A stretch of DNA of 30,899 bases from NCBI GenBank assembly GCA_027623675.1, contig JAQBVF010000034.1, positions 1 through 30,899 on the forward strand. The letters are read 5' to 3'. This document shows positions 1 to 9,932 of this stretch, piece after piece. Position 1 is the first letter of the stretch, and every line of letters begins with the position of its first letter. A model generated the notes under the pieces. The model had not been told where the DNA came from, did no database searches, and saw only the letters and a program-made list of their open reading frames with translations. The translations under genes and the position numbers were made by a program. This DNA is from Chloroflexota bacterium (lineage in GTDB: Bacteria; Chloroflexota; Dehalococcoidia; Lucifugimonadales; UBA3495).

Positions 1-148
1 TGCTGCCAAACAAGAATTCGCCGGCGATGCGGTTCAGGTCCGGGGCCATGGGCCAGGCCAAAGGCGTGGAGCCGCCGGTTAGGGCGCCGCCGCCGAACTT
101 GGTGCGGGTCTCGATGCCCTTCTGGTACCGTTCATCCAAAGTTGTCAT
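1..148 (-). CDS. Carboxymuconolactone decarboxylase (CMD)-family protein, N-terminal part; runs off the window edge
   Basis: Manual translation from ATG at 148: MTTLDERYQKGIETRTKFGGGALTGGSTPLAWPMAPDLNRIAGEFLFGS, resembling the 'RY..G...R....G ... APD......E..FG' start of PcaC-like proteins; GGAG RBS upstream. Not in the ORF track. Confidence 0.75.
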   Translation of the reverse strand, partial: MTTLDERYQKGIETRTKFGGGALTGGSTPLAWPMAPDLNRIAGEFLFGS

Positions 149-284
149 GATTAACTCCAGTCGTTAGATAGGCACGCATTGTAGTCATTCCGAAGGGTCA
201 CGCCAACCCACCGGTGTGATACCCTGTTAGCCAAATTCCGATTCCACATCTGGCCTCAATCCGGGCCGGCACGAGAGGTAAGTC

Positions 285-1574
285 ATGGAGATCCGTAACG
301 CGGTGATCGTCGATGGCGTCAGGTCCCCATTCGCCAGGGCAACCAGGGGCAAGCTGGTCGCCACCCGGCTGGACGAGCTGGGCGCCAAGATCATCCGGCA
401 CCTTTTGGACCGGAACCCCAAGGTCACGGACCACATGATCGAAGATGTGGGCCTGGGCAATGTGCTGGGCAAGGCCGAGTTCGTGGACCTGGGCCGCGTT
501 GCCCGCTTGGCCGGTCTGCCGCCGGAGGTCTCGACCTTCAATTCCAACCGCCAATGCGGCTCCAGCATGGAGACCCTGCACCGCGTGGCCCAGTCGATCA
601 TGATCGGCGCTACCGACTGCGGCATCGCCCTGGGGGCCGAGCGGATGGAGCGCACCATTCCCGGTGAGGAGGGTCCCTTCACCCGCATCACCGAACCCAC
701 CCCCGTGGAGTTCACAAAAGCGCAGCGCGACATGGCGCCCGACCACTACGACAATTTCTCGGTGCCCTTTCCCGACTTCATCCTGGACTCGCCGTCCAAG
801 GTTTCCATGCTGCAGACGGCCCAGAACGTGGCGGAGGTCTATGGACTGACCCGCGCCGACCTGGACGAGTACGCCGTGCCCAGCCACCAGAAGGCCGTCG
901 AAGCGTACGAGGCGGGCCGGTTCAGGGACGAGATCGTGCCTTTGGAGGTGGAGCAGCCGGTGTTTGATGATCAGGGCAAATGGCTGCCCGACGAACGCGG
1001 CGGGATGATCACCTTCGACCAAGACGAATGCATCCGGGCCGGGACCAACTTCGAGGCCCTGATGAACCTGAATCCCATCCCCGGCGTCGTTAGCTACGGC
1101 GGCAATGAGATCGTCATAACCCCCGGCAACTCCTCGCCCACCAACGACGGCGTCAGCGCCATCTTGGTGATGAGCGAAGAGAAGGCCCTGGCCTTGGGCT
1201 TGGAGCCGCTGGCCCGCATCGTCGGGTTCGGGGTCGCCGGTGTGAAGCCCCAATTGATGGGCCTGGGTCCGGTGCCCGCCACCAACAAGGCGCTGAGATA
1301 CGCCGGACTGACCATCGACCAGATCGACCGCGTCGAGTTCAACGAGGCTTTCGCCGCCCAGATTATCCCCAGCGCCCGTGAACTGGGCATACCCATGGAG
1401 AAGCTGAACGTGAACGGCGGCGCATTGGCCATCGGGCACCCCCTGGGGGCCACCGGCGCCCGGCTGGTGCTGTCCCTGGCCCACGAGCTGCGCCGCTCCA
1501 ACACCGACTACGGCCTGGCCACCCAATGCATCGGCGCCGGCATGGGCATAACCACCGTGCTCGAGCGCATCTAA
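285..1574 (+). CDS. Thiolase (acetyl-CoA C-acyltransferase) family protein
   Basis: VIVDGVRSPF N-terminus, NRQCGSS catalytic Cys, NEAFA, NVNGGALAIGHPLGATG, CIGAGMG; GAGG RBS before ATG 285. Confidence 0.95.
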   Translation: MEIRNAVIVDGVRSPFARATRGKLVATRLDELGAKIIRHLLDRNPKVTDHMIEDVGLGNVLGKAEFVDLGRVARLAGLPPEVSTFNSNRQCGSSMETLHRVAQSIMIGATDCGIALGAERMERTIPGEEGPFTRITEPTPVEFTKAQRDMAPDHYDNFSVPFPDFILDSPSKVSMLQTAQNVAEVYGLTRADLDEYAVPSHQKAVEAYEAGRFRDEIVPLEVEQPVFDDQGKWLPDERGGMITFDQDECIRAGTNFEALMNLNPIPGVVSYGGNEIVITPGNSSPTNDGVSAILVMSEEKALALGLEPLARIVGFGVAGVKPQLMGLGPVPATNKALRYAGLTIDQIDRVEFNEAFAAQIIPSARELGIPMEKLNVNGGALAIGHPLGATGARLVLSLAHELRRSNTDYGLATQCIGAGMGITTVLERI

Positions 1575-1732
1575 CCGGCCCAGCCCGGCTTTGGACATTG
1601 GAACGGCCCTCTCAGTTGCTTCTGGGAGGGCCGTTTTCTTTGCCGCCCAGGTGCCGCGGCCACAAAAATCGCGCTATACTCTGACGGTCTTCCCAGGCCT
1701 GATATAAGCCGAAATACGAAGGAGCTGACCCC

Positions 1733-2911
1733 ATGCCCCCTACCAAGCCCACCAGCGTGCTGGACGGCGTGCGAATCTTGGAACTGGCCCGCTGGCAGGC
1801 GGCCCCCAGAGGCGGAATGATCCTCAGAGATATGGGCGCCGAGGTCATCAAGCTGGAATGGAACAAGTCCAGCGATCTCCGCGACGCCGGGCCGTTCGTG
1901 GGCGAGATGAGCGTACAGTTCGCTGCTTATAACCGGGGCAAGAAAAGCGTCACCATCAACACCCGCCACCCGGAGGGCAAAGAGCTGTTCTTAAAGCTGG
2001 TGGAAGTCTCCGATGTGGTGTTGGAGAACTTCCGGCCCGGCACCATGGAACAGATGGGATTCAGCTACGAAAAGATGTGCCAGGTCAACCCCGGGATCAT
2101 ATTGGCGTCGGTTTCCGGCTTTGGCCAATATGGGCCGTACCGGGACCGGCAGTGCTTCGACCCAATCATCCAGGCTATGAGCGGCATCGGCCACCAGACC
2201 GGGCGGGGCTTTGACCAGCCCGTGATGGCGGAGGGGCCGATCATGGACCGCACCGCGGCGCTCCACGCCACCATCGGCATCCTGGGAGCGCTTAGACACC
2301 GCGACCGTACCGGCGAGGGTCAGTGGCTGGAGGTGGCCATGCTGGACGGCGGCATCACCCTGGAAGAGGTTGCGCTGGCCATGTGCCACGAAACGGGGAC
2401 CAACGATTTCACCCGGGCCGGCTCGTTCATCAAATGCAAGGACGGCTACGTGTCCACCGGCGCCGCCAGGGGAGGCATGTGGGAGCGCATGCTGAAGGTG
2501 ATGGGCTACGACGATCTGTCCGATGACCCTGAATTCGCCGCCCCCATGTTCGCCACCGACAAGGCGGAGATCAGGATGGAACTGCTGCACCTATGGTGCG
2601 AGGAGCGGACGGTGAAGGAAGTGGAGTCGTCTCTGGTGGCGGCAGACATCCCCGTAGGGCCGGCCCTAAGCATCCCCGAGGTACTGGCCGACAAGCACCT
2701 TTGGGAGCGGGAGGTGATGATGGAGGAGGAACTGCCTGGGGGCAAGAAGATACTGGTCCCCGGCCCCACCATAATAAAGTTCTCCAAGACCCCAACCACG
2801 GCTGGTCCCATACCCGGTTACGGCGAACACAACCGGGAGATATACGGCGGTGTGCTGGGACTGGACGATGCCGAGTTGAGCAGACTTGTGGGAGAAGGCG
2901 TTGTCACCTAG
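1733..2911 (+). CDS. Family III CoA-transferase (CaiB/BaiF)
   Basis: LDGVRILEL, DMGAEVIKLE, NRGKKSV, DVVLENFRPG, SGFGQYGPY, catalytic Asp in IMDRTAA, C-terminal GEHN; AAGGAG RBS. Confidence 0.95.
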   Translation: MPPTKPTSVLDGVRILELARWQAAPRGGMILRDMGAEVIKLEWNKSSDLRDAGPFVGEMSVQFAAYNRGKKSVTINTRHPEGKELFLKLVEVSDVVLENFRPGTMEQMGFSYEKMCQVNPGIILASVSGFGQYGPYRDRQCFDPIIQAMSGIGHQTGRGFDQPVMAEGPIMDRTAALHATIGILGALRHRDRTGEGQWLEVAMLDGGITLEEVALAMCHETGTNDFTRAGSFIKCKDGYVSTGAARGGMWERMLKVMGYDDLSDDPEFAAPMFATDKAEIRMELLHLWCEERTVKEVESSLVAADIPVGPALSIPEVLADKHLWEREVMMEEELPGGKKILVPGPTIIKFSKTPTTAGPIPGYGEHNREIYGGVLGLDDAELSRLVGEGVVT

Positions 2912-2953
2912 CCTTCCCCACTCTTGTGTAACCTTTGGGACTGGGATGAGCCC

Positions 2954-3880
2954 TCAGCCGGCGCGGATCACCAAGACGGGGTCGCCGGAATTCCGCACAA
3001 CCCGGTCTGCCACGCTGCCCATGGCCCACCGGGCCGGACCCGAGCGGCCATGGGTGGTCATCGCCAACATGTTGTCGGGCGTGGCCTGGGCCAGGTCCAC
3101 GATGACGCGGGCCGCTGGACCCCGCACTATCTGGTGCTCAACCGACGCCACGCCTTCGCGGCTGAGCTTGTCCTTCAAGCTCTCTAGGTAGTCCAGCGCC
3201 TGGTTGCCTGCTTCTTGGGCCATCGCCTCGAAATGCTGGAAGTGGATCCCCGCGACGCCATCCAGGCGTTGGTAGCCGGTTTGCGTGCTGAACTCCTCGG
3301 GCGTGGCCGCGGCGCGAAGCAGGATCACTTTGAGATTCAGACCGTTGGCTAACGCCGCCACATGGGGAAGCACTTGCTCCGCCAGAGATGATCCGTCCAC
3401 CGGCACGATGATCGTCTTAAGTTCTTCGTCTGGTTCCGGGTCGCCGGCATGGCGGCCACGGACGATGAGCATCGGGTTTTTGGCGGAGTGGAGGACCTTG
3501 TCCGTCACACTCCCCAGGAGCCACCGGGTGATTCCGGACCGGCCGTGGGTGGACATGGCGATCAAGGCGTTGGGCGTTTTGTTCGCCTCCTCGACTATAT
3601 GAGTGACCGCATCGCCCTCATAGGCCTCGCAGGTAATTTCCATCCCGGGAGTGTTTCGCTTGACGCCATTCAGGTAGTCCAGTACCTCGTCGTGCACGCC
3701 GGCAGTCATATTGCTGTTGTAGAGACCGTGAACCGGATCGGCCATCTCTTCCGATACTGTGTGGAATGCCTGCATCAGGTGAATCGGGATGCCCAAGCCC
3801 AAGCTGATGCGAGTCACATAGGGCAGCACTTGCTCAGCAAGCGGGGAGCCGTCAAGGGGCGCCACGATACGGTCGTACAT
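2954..3880 (-). CDS. Universal stress protein with two UspA domains
   Basis: Two repeats of 'I.vPlDGS.LAEQVLP ... AMsTHGRSG..RW.lGSV.DkV....PvLv.R'. Start moved to ATG 3880 (MYDRIV), which follows GGAGGAG. Confidence 0.92.
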   Translation of the reverse strand: MYDRIVAPLDGSPLAEQVLPYVTRISLGLGIPIHLMQAFHTVSEEMADPVHGLYNSNMTAGVHDEVLDYLNGVKRNTPGMEITCEAYEGDAVTHIVEEANKTPNALIAMSTHGRSGITRWLLGSVTDKVLHSAKNPMLIVRGRHAGDPEPDEELKTIIVPVDGSSLAEQVLPHVAALANGLNLKVILLRAAATPEEFSTQTGYQRLDGVAGIHFQHFEAMAQEAGNQALDYLESLKDKLSREGVASVEHQIVRGPAARVIVDLAQATPDNMLAMTTHGRSGPARWAMGSVADRVVRNSGDPVLVIRAG

Positions 3881-4186
3881 GAGAATCGTCTCCTCCCATG
3901 CGGCCGGTTGATATGGAATCCCAACCGCAAAGCCAGTGTATTGCGGCGGTTGACCCGCGGCATGAGCCGTCTGGCCTGTTTTTGCAGCGCAACTGGCCGT
4001 TTGAGACAGTCCTAAGGGGGTACCTATCCGTGCCGGTTGCCCCAGCGAGGCAAGGTTCCGTAAGCGCCTCACTTGATTCTCGCGGGCCTTTCCGGCAGAA
4101 ACGCCGAAGGCCCTTCTGAAGCAGGGCTGGTGGTGGTAGACTCTCGGCCAGATGCCCAGAAACTGCCCTTAGAACGGAGGAGAATA

Positions 4187-4744
4187 ATGGCGCGATTACC
4201 AGTGGTTTCCGGCGATATGGTCCCAGCGGAATTCCGAGCAGCCTTCGAGGAAGTGACCGCCCCGGCCGGCGGTTCCATCACCGGCGGCCCCGGCTCCTTC
4301 ACCATCAACAGCCCGGAGATGGCCAAACGCCGCAATCACCTAACCAGCTACCTACGCTACGAGACCACTTTCCCCAAACGCATATTGGAGCTGGCAATCA
4401 TCACCACGGCCAGGGCCATGGATTGCCAGTATGTGTGGAACGCCCACGCGCCCGCGGCTAGGAAAGAGGGTGTGGCCGACGCTTTGGTTGACGCGATCCG
4501 CGACCGGAAGCCCCTGCCAAGCATGGCCGCCGACGAAGAAGCGGTAATCAACTACGCCAACGAGTTCTTCAAGACGCACAAGGTTAGCCAACCTACCTTC
4601 GACGCGGCGCTGAATGCTTTCGGCGCTCAGTACCTGGTCGAGTTGACCACGCTGATGGGCCACTACGCCCAGACGTCGTTCTACCTGAACGCCTTTGAAG
4701 CCGAACTTCCCGACAACGTCACCGAGCCGTTACTGCCGGTCTAG
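4187..4744 (+). CDS. CMD/AhpD-like family protein
   Basis: MARLP start, ELAIITTAR..DCQYVWNAH, LVELTTLMGHY; GGAGG RBS upstream of ATG 4187. Confidence 0.85.
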   Translation: MARLPVVSGDMVPAEFRAAFEEVTAPAGGSITGGPGSFTINSPEMAKRRNHLTSYLRYETTFPKRILELAIITTARAMDCQYVWNAHAPAARKEGVADALVDAIRDRKPLPSMAADEEAVINYANEFFKTHKVSQPTFDAALNAFGAQYLVELTTLMGHYAQTSFYLNAFEAELPDNVTEPLLPV

Positions 4745-4813
4745 AAAGTCCAAAAGGGTCTACCGCCTTGCCTGAACCAGTGGTCTTGCCGGCATCGATC
4801 TGACTGATGCGCG

Positions 4814-4897
4814 CCCTTCGACGGGGCTCAGTACGAACGGGAACCGGCACTCAATACTCGTCACCCACGATCCGCTCATGGTGAGCCAGTCGAACCA
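4814..4897. repeat. Inverted pair of REP-like units between convergent genes
   Basis: CCCTTCGACGGGGCTCAGTACGAACGG (4814-4840) and CCGCTCATGGTGAGCCAGTCGAACC (4872-4896; reverse complement GGTTCGACTGGCTCACCATGAGCGG) share TTCGAC..GGCTCA....GA.CGG. Confidence 0.6.
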
Positions 4898-5015
4898 CCG
4901 CCTTGCCCGAGCCAAAACCCTTGCGTGCACATCATTGTGCCTATGCCGCGCCCATCACGTTGGATGACTTGGCAGGGTGGTCCGAGCAAACGATGAGATT
5001 CGGTATAGCACGGCG

Positions 5016-6113
5016 CTAGCTTGCCGTGCTCACCGCCCGGCCCTCGTTGGATGCCAGCCTGATGGAGTCGATCAACCGGTGCAGGTCGACGGCGGTGTCG
5101 AATGTCGGGAAGTCGGCCTGCTGGCCGTTGATGGCTTGGCCGAACTGGTAGTACATCTGGCCAACGTTGCGCGGCGCTCCCTTGGGCATGCCCTCCAGAA
5201 CGTTGGTGTACTTATCGGGGACTTTGATGTCCTCCAATCTGTCGTTGCCCTGGGCGCCCTGAAGGAAGACCTCGCCAAGCTGCGGGGAGTCCTCGGAGGT
5301 TGCCACCAAGGTGCCCTTCCGGCCGTAGATCTCCATGCGGTAACCGCTGCCGGCCCAGGGGTTGCTGGCCACGTGGACCGACACAACCGCGCCGTTGGTC
5401 AAGCGGCCGCTGATGATGATGTTGTCCGGGGCAGTCACGTCCAGCATCTGCTGCGTCTCGGTCTCCAGCCATTGCGAGACCTGGGTGGACACGATGGAAG
5501 AGACTTCGCTGAAGTCGCCGGCCACGAACCTAAGGGCGTCGATGGAGTGTCCGGCGGCGATGGTCAAAGTGGTCGCGCCTAGCTCGTCGTCCCGCTGCCA
5601 GGTGCGGCCGGCGACCCTTTCCAGCACGCCGCCGCGGATCAGTCGCATGGAGCAGGACGTTATCTCGCCGACATAGCCGTCCTCCACCAAATCCTTCAGG
5701 TGCATGATGGCCGGCGCGACCCTGGCTTGCAGGCCAACCACCGCCCGCACGCCCTTGGCCTTAGCCAACTCGGCCAGTTCGGTGGCCTCCTCGATGGTGG
5801 CGCCCAGCGGCCATTCGGTGAAAACATGCTTCCCTGCGTTCAACGCGTCCTTGGTGATCTGGTAGTGGGACGGCACCCGCAGCACCACGGCCACGGCGTC
5901 GATCTCCGGATGGGCCAGCATCGCCTTATAGTCGTCGAATGCGAGCCTTGCGCCGTACTGCTTCTTGGCTTCCTCGGCGGTCTCCATGCGGGTGGTGCAA
6001 ACCCCGGTCAGTTCAAACTCGGGGCTGGCGGCGATCGCCGGAAGGTGCGAGCGGTGGGCCCAACCCACGGTGGGGCTGGCGCCGATTATTCCCAGACGTA
6101 TCGGGTCGGCCAT
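5016..6113 (-). CDS. Gfo/Idh/MocA family NAD(P)-dependent oxidoreductase
   Basis: IRLGIIGA Rossmann start, HPEIDAV, AGKHVFTEWPL, GHSIDAL; AGGAG RBS. Confidence 0.93.
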   Translation of the reverse strand: MADPIRLGIIGASPTVGWAHRSHLPAIAASPEFELTGVCTTRMETAEEAKKQYGARLAFDDYKAMLAHPEIDAVAVVLRVPSHYQITKDALNAGKHVFTEWPLGATIEEATELAELAKAKGVRAVVGLQARVAPAIMHLKDLVEDGYVGEITSCSMRLIRGGVLERVAGRTWQRDDELGATTLTIAAGHSIDALRFVAGDFSEVSSIVSTQVSQWLETETQQMLDVTAPDNIIISGRLTNGAVVSVHVASNPWAGSGYRMEIYGRKGTLVATSEDSPQLGEVFLQGAQGNDRLEDIKVPDKYTNVLEGMPKGAPRNVGQMYYQFGQAINGQQADFPTFDTAVDLHRLIDSIRLASNEGRAVSTAS

Positions 6114-6162
6114 GATTGTTCTCCTATCGGTTCGGTCTTAGATCAGTTAATCGGGTTTGAAC

Positions 6163-6816
6163 TCAGCCAAGTTTGAAGTCGCGGACGTGGGCCGGCACTT
6201 CCAGGCCGGCGGGGTTCTTGGGGTCCGGTTCCGGCGGTTGCAGCACCTGGGTGATGGGCAGCACGCCCGCCCAGATGGGCAGCGAGTAGTCTTCGTCATC
6301 ATCCACCGGAGGGCCGGTGCGGACCTTGGCCGAGCCCTCGTCGATGGGCATGGAGAACACGGTTGTGGCCTTGGCCTCTTTGCTGCTCATGGGCCTCAGG
6401 TTCTCCCACCGGCCCGGGATCAGGTTGTCCACGAAGCTGTGCAGAAGTTGGTCCTTCTCGGCATCGCCGATCTTCGAAGCTTGTCCGAACAGCATGACCG
6501 AGCGGTAGTTGATCGAGTGGTGAAAGGCCGACCGGGCCAATACAAGCCCATCGAAATGGGTGATGGCCATGCAGACTTCTTGGTCCACGATCTGCCGGAG
6601 GAACCGGCTGGCGGAGGAGCCGTGCCAATAGATCGTGCTGCCCTCGCGCCATTGCAGGGTGGGGGTGACGTACGGGCGTCCGTCGATGATGTATGAAACG
6701 TGACATAGCGGCGTGGCGTCAATGATCTCGTTAACCACATCCCGGTCGTATTCGGCCCGTTTGGGATTCCGGACCAGCTTGGTCCGGGGCGTCGTCTTGA
6801 GCTTGCCGTTGGGCAT
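6163..6816 (-). CDS. Pyridoxamine 5'-phosphate oxidase-like (NimA-like) flavin-binding protein
   Basis: R.P.RA.YD, PYVTPT, YWHGS, DGLVLARSAFHHSINYRSV, SAKVRTGPP, WAGVLP; AAGGAG RBS. Confidence 0.9.
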   Translation of the reverse strand: MPNGKLKTTPRTKLVRNPKRAEYDRDVVNEIIDATPLCHVSYIIDGRPYVTPTLQWREGSTIYWHGSSASRFLRQIVDQEVCMAITHFDGLVLARSAFHHSINYRSVMLFGQASKIGDAEKDQLLHSFVDNLIPGRWENLRPMSSKEAKATTVFSMPIDEGSAKVRTGPPVDDDEDYSLPIWAGVLPITQVLQPPEPDPKNPAGLEVPAHVRDFKLG

Positions 6817-6876
6817 CTGTGAACTCCTTGAATCGCAGGGGTGGTGAGAAACTCAGGTTAGGGCGCTGCTTGGCCT

Positions 6877-7677
6877 CTAAGCGTTCATCGCCTGCTCTTT
6901 GATCTTGTCATGGTACAACTGGGGAAGCTCCCTGTAGTCGGTCATCAATGAACCAAACCCGTCGATAACGTCGTCCATTCCGTTGTCCCTCATGGCGTAC
7001 CAATAGGTCGCGGTGTTGATGGCGATGACCGGCTTATTCAGCCATCTCTCGGCCTCAGCCGCCATTCGGGCCATCCCCAGGTTGGTGCCGACCTGGACCA
7101 GCGCCTCGGCGCCGGACTCGTTCAACTCCCTCAGGCCGTCCATCATCTCCTTCTCAGTGGTCTGAGCGATGGCGGCGGGACCGGGGCAGCACAACCCCTT
7201 CATGGCCACCACATCAAACCCGCAGTCATTGAAGAACATGGTCACATTTTTGTCGGCGACGGGCCAATATGGGGTCAACACGCCGATCTTCCGGATGTCG
7301 CCGTAACAGCGTATGGCGGCCTGGCAGGCGTCGGAGCCCATGGCCACCCGCCGCCCGGTTAGTTCCGTGATGTGGGCCTTGAGTTCGTTGGACTTCTTCA
7401 GACCACCCCAGAATGTCTCGGAGGACATGCCCATGACCAAATAATCTGGGTTGCAGGTCATCACCCTAAGCAGGGCGTTGTCCCATTCCAAGCGGATCGC
7501 GTCCATCAACTTTTCGAAGTCCGCATCGCTGGCCAGCGGTTCGTCGGGCACCCAGATGCGGGACATGTGGTTGGTCACGCCCCTGGGCCGCATCTCGTCG
7601 AACTCGGGTTGCACGGAGGTGTTGGTTGAGGGCGCGATGACACCCCAATTAGCTCGCCAACCCAATCTGTCCGGCAT
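6877..7677 (-). CDS. Maleate isomerase/arylmalonate decarboxylase-like protein (Asp/Glu racemase superfamily)
   Basis: GVIAPSTNT.V.PE, IGVLTPY, GTNL, E..L.KPVIAIN.AT.W; GGAGGT RBS. Confidence 0.85.
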   Translation of the reverse strand: MPDRLGWRANWGVIAPSTNTSVQPEFDEMRPRGVTNHMSRIWVPDEPLASDADFEKLMDAIRLEWDNALLRVMTCNPDYLVMGMSSETFWGGLKKSNELKAHITELTGRRVAMGSDACQAAIRCYGDIRKIGVLTPYWPVADKNVTMFFNDCGFDVVAMKGLCCPGPAAIAQTTEKEMMDGLRELNESGAEALVQVGTNLGMARMAAEAERWLNKPVIAINTATYWYAMRDNGMDDVIDGFGSLMTDYRELPQLYHDKIKEQAMNA

Positions 7678-7833
7678 ACCGAGTCACCTCCGGCTTGATC
7701 ACCGCTAGGACGGATAGATTCTAGCAAGAATCGGAGCCTGCGCCCACCATAGGGTGCGTCCGGGGGCAAAATGGCGTAAAGTCTTGGCAGTTTGAATCGA
7801 TACGCCCCACGTCTGCGCCGTTATGAGGATGCC

Positions 7834-9072
7834 ATGACCAGCAAGAACGGGCCATCCAAAGAATCGCTTTCCGTAGCCACCGCCCAGGCGATGGACCAGG
7901 CGCGGGCCGAACTGTCGGAGTTGGCTCTGGACATCCACGCCCACCCCGAACTGAACTATCAAGAGACCTACGCCGCTGGACTGCTGTCCGGCACTCTGGA
8001 GAAGCACGGCTTCCATGTGGAACGCGGCGCTGGCGGCGTGGAAACCGCGTTCACCGCCACTCTGGCCGGCGGCGGAGGAGACGGCCCCACCATCGCAGTC
8101 CTGGCTGAGTACGATGCCCTGCCAGAGATCGGCCACGGCTGTGGCCACAACCTCATCGCCATGGCCGCCATCGGCGCGGGACTGGGATTGAAAGCCAACC
8201 TGGCGGACCTTCCCGGCAAGGTCATGGTCATCGGCACACCTGCCGAGGAAGGCGGCGGCGGCAAGATTCGGATGCTGGACGGCGGCGTGTTCAACGGGGT
8301 TGACGCGGTACTATCCTCCCATCCGTCTTCCAACCGCACGGTCATTCCCACCGACATACCCATGGGCGAGAGTTGGAGTCTGGCGATGGTGGGTTACCGG
8401 TACATCTTCCACGGCAAGGCCGCCCACGCCGCCGCCATGCCCCATGAGGGCATCAACGCCCTGAACGGCGTGATTCACCTTTTCACCGGCATCGACTCGC
8501 TGCGGCAGCACCTCAGAGAGGACGTCCGCATCCACGGCATCATCACCGATGGCGGAAGAGCGCCCAACGTGGTTCCGGAGTACGCCGCGGCCAATTTCAT
8601 GCTGCGCTGCCGGGACGCGGGCTACCTGAGCGACGTGGTTGTCGGCCGAGTGCGGCAGGCGGCGGAGGGCGCGGCGGCGATGACCGGGTGCCGGTTGGAG
8701 GTGGAGGAGTTCTATCCCTTCTACGAAAACGTCAGGCCCAACGCGGTCATCGCCGGCCTGCTGCTGAAGAACGCGGGACTGGCCGGCCTCAACCTGGACG
8801 AACCCCTGCCGGGCCGGCAGGGGAGCGCCGCATCCACCGACTTTGGCAACGTGAGTCAGGCACTTCCCGCTTACGAACTGCGTTACGCTGTCAGCGAGCA
8901 GCCGGTTGCCTCCCACTCCAGGGAGATGGCCGAGACGGCGGCCACCGCCCACGCCATCAATGCCGCCGTCAACGTTGCCAAGACCATGACGCTAACGGCC
9001 TGCGATCTGCTGCTGGACCCAGCGTTGCTGTCCGCGGCCCGCGCTGAGTTCGAGCAGCGGGCTAAGGCCTAA
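7834..9072 (+). CDS. M20 family metallo-amidohydrolase (ACY1L2/AbgB-like)
   Basis: IHAHPEL, ETAF, AEYDALP.IGHGCGHN, GTPAEEGGGGK, GKAAHAA..P..G.NAL, STDFGNVS. ATG 7834 follows GAGGA. Confidence 0.92.
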   Translation: MTSKNGPSKESLSVATAQAMDQARAELSELALDIHAHPELNYQETYAAGLLSGTLEKHGFHVERGAGGVETAFTATLAGGGGDGPTIAVLAEYDALPEIGHGCGHNLIAMAAIGAGLGLKANLADLPGKVMVIGTPAEEGGGGKIRMLDGGVFNGVDAVLSSHPSSNRTVIPTDIPMGESWSLAMVGYRYIFHGKAAHAAAMPHEGINALNGVIHLFTGIDSLRQHLREDVRIHGIITDGGRAPNVVPEYAAANFMLRCRDAGYLSDVVVGRVRQAAEGAAAMTGCRLEVEEFYPFYENVRPNAVIAGLLLKNAGLAGLNLDEPLPGRQGSAASTDFGNVSQALPAYELRYAVSEQPVASHSREMAETAATAHAINAAVNVAKTMTLTACDLLLDPALLSAARAEFEQRAKA

Positions 9073-9119
9073 GGGCCCGATAAGATCGTCAGACAAAACC
9101 ATTAAAAAGGTGAACCGAA

Positions 9120-9932
9120 TTGGAATACCGCAAACTTGGCAACCTTGATGTCTCCGTGATCGGCTTGGGAACCCTGCGGTCATTTGACGTGACCGAACCG
9201 GCCGACCTGGAGCCAAGGCGACAGATCATAGACAACTGCCTTGCCCACGGCATCAACTTCATCGACTCGGCCGCCATGTACGGCGCGTCCGAGAAAGCGG
9301 TGGGCATCACCACCGAGGGACGGCGCGACCGGTTCTATCTGGCGACCAAGGTCCGCATCGAAGGGAAAGAGGCCGGCAAACGGCAGATTGCCGAGTCCTT
9401 CGCGAACTTCAACACCGATTACATCGATTTGCTGCAGATACATAACATGATCGACTGGCAGACCCACCTGCCCACGCTGGAGCGGCTGAAGGCGGAGGGC
9501 AAAGTTGGGATGATCGGTGTCACGGCCATGGTGAATGACGCCTATCCCGGCGTGATGGATGTGATGCGCAGCGGACGGATCGACACGGTGCAGGTCCCCT
9601 ACAACGTGGTCCAGCGCGAGGTCGAGGCCGAATTGCTGCCGCTGGCCCATGAACTGGGCATCGGCGTCATGGTGATGGAGCCGCTGAAGAAGGGCCGCTA
9701 CGTGAAAGAACTGAAGGGTGAGCCAGACCTGACTCCCCTGAAAGGATTCGGCGTGAAAACCTGGGCGCAGGCTTTGTTGTCGTGGGTGGTGTCCGACCCC
9801 AGGGTCAGCATCACCATCCCGGCCACCTCCCGCCCCGAGCGGATCACCGAGAATGCTCTGTCCGGCGCCCTGGAGACCATGCCCCAAGAGTTGCGCGACT
9901 TCGTCCGCGAGGAAACGGTCAGGCTGCTTTAG
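9120..9932 (+). CDS. Aldo/keto reductase
   Basis: MEYRKLG..VSVIGLGT, DSAAMYG (Asp/Tyr), ATK, IDLLQIHN catalytic tetrad; TTG start. Confidence 0.92.
   Translation: MEYRKLGNLDVSVIGLGTLRSFDVTEPADLEPRRQIIDNCLAHGINFIDSAAMYGASEKAVGITTEGRRDRFYLATKVRIEGKEAGKRQIAESFANFNTDYIDLLQIHNMIDWQTHLPTLERLKAEGKVGMIGVTAMVNDAYPGVMDVMRSGRIDTVQVPYNVVQREVEAELLPLAHELGIGVMVMEPLKKGRYVKELKGEPDLTPLKGFGVKTWAQALLSWVVSDPRVSITIPATSRPERITENALSGALETMPQELRDFVREETVRLL

Noticed and set aside
3881..4186. N-terminal extensions of the USP and CMD ORFs in the ORF track (similar extensions start at 7792, 15519, 16316, 17608, 23109, 24693 and 30833)
   Set aside because: Family similarity and RBS positions point to downstream starts; the extensions run through intergenic or promoter DNA.
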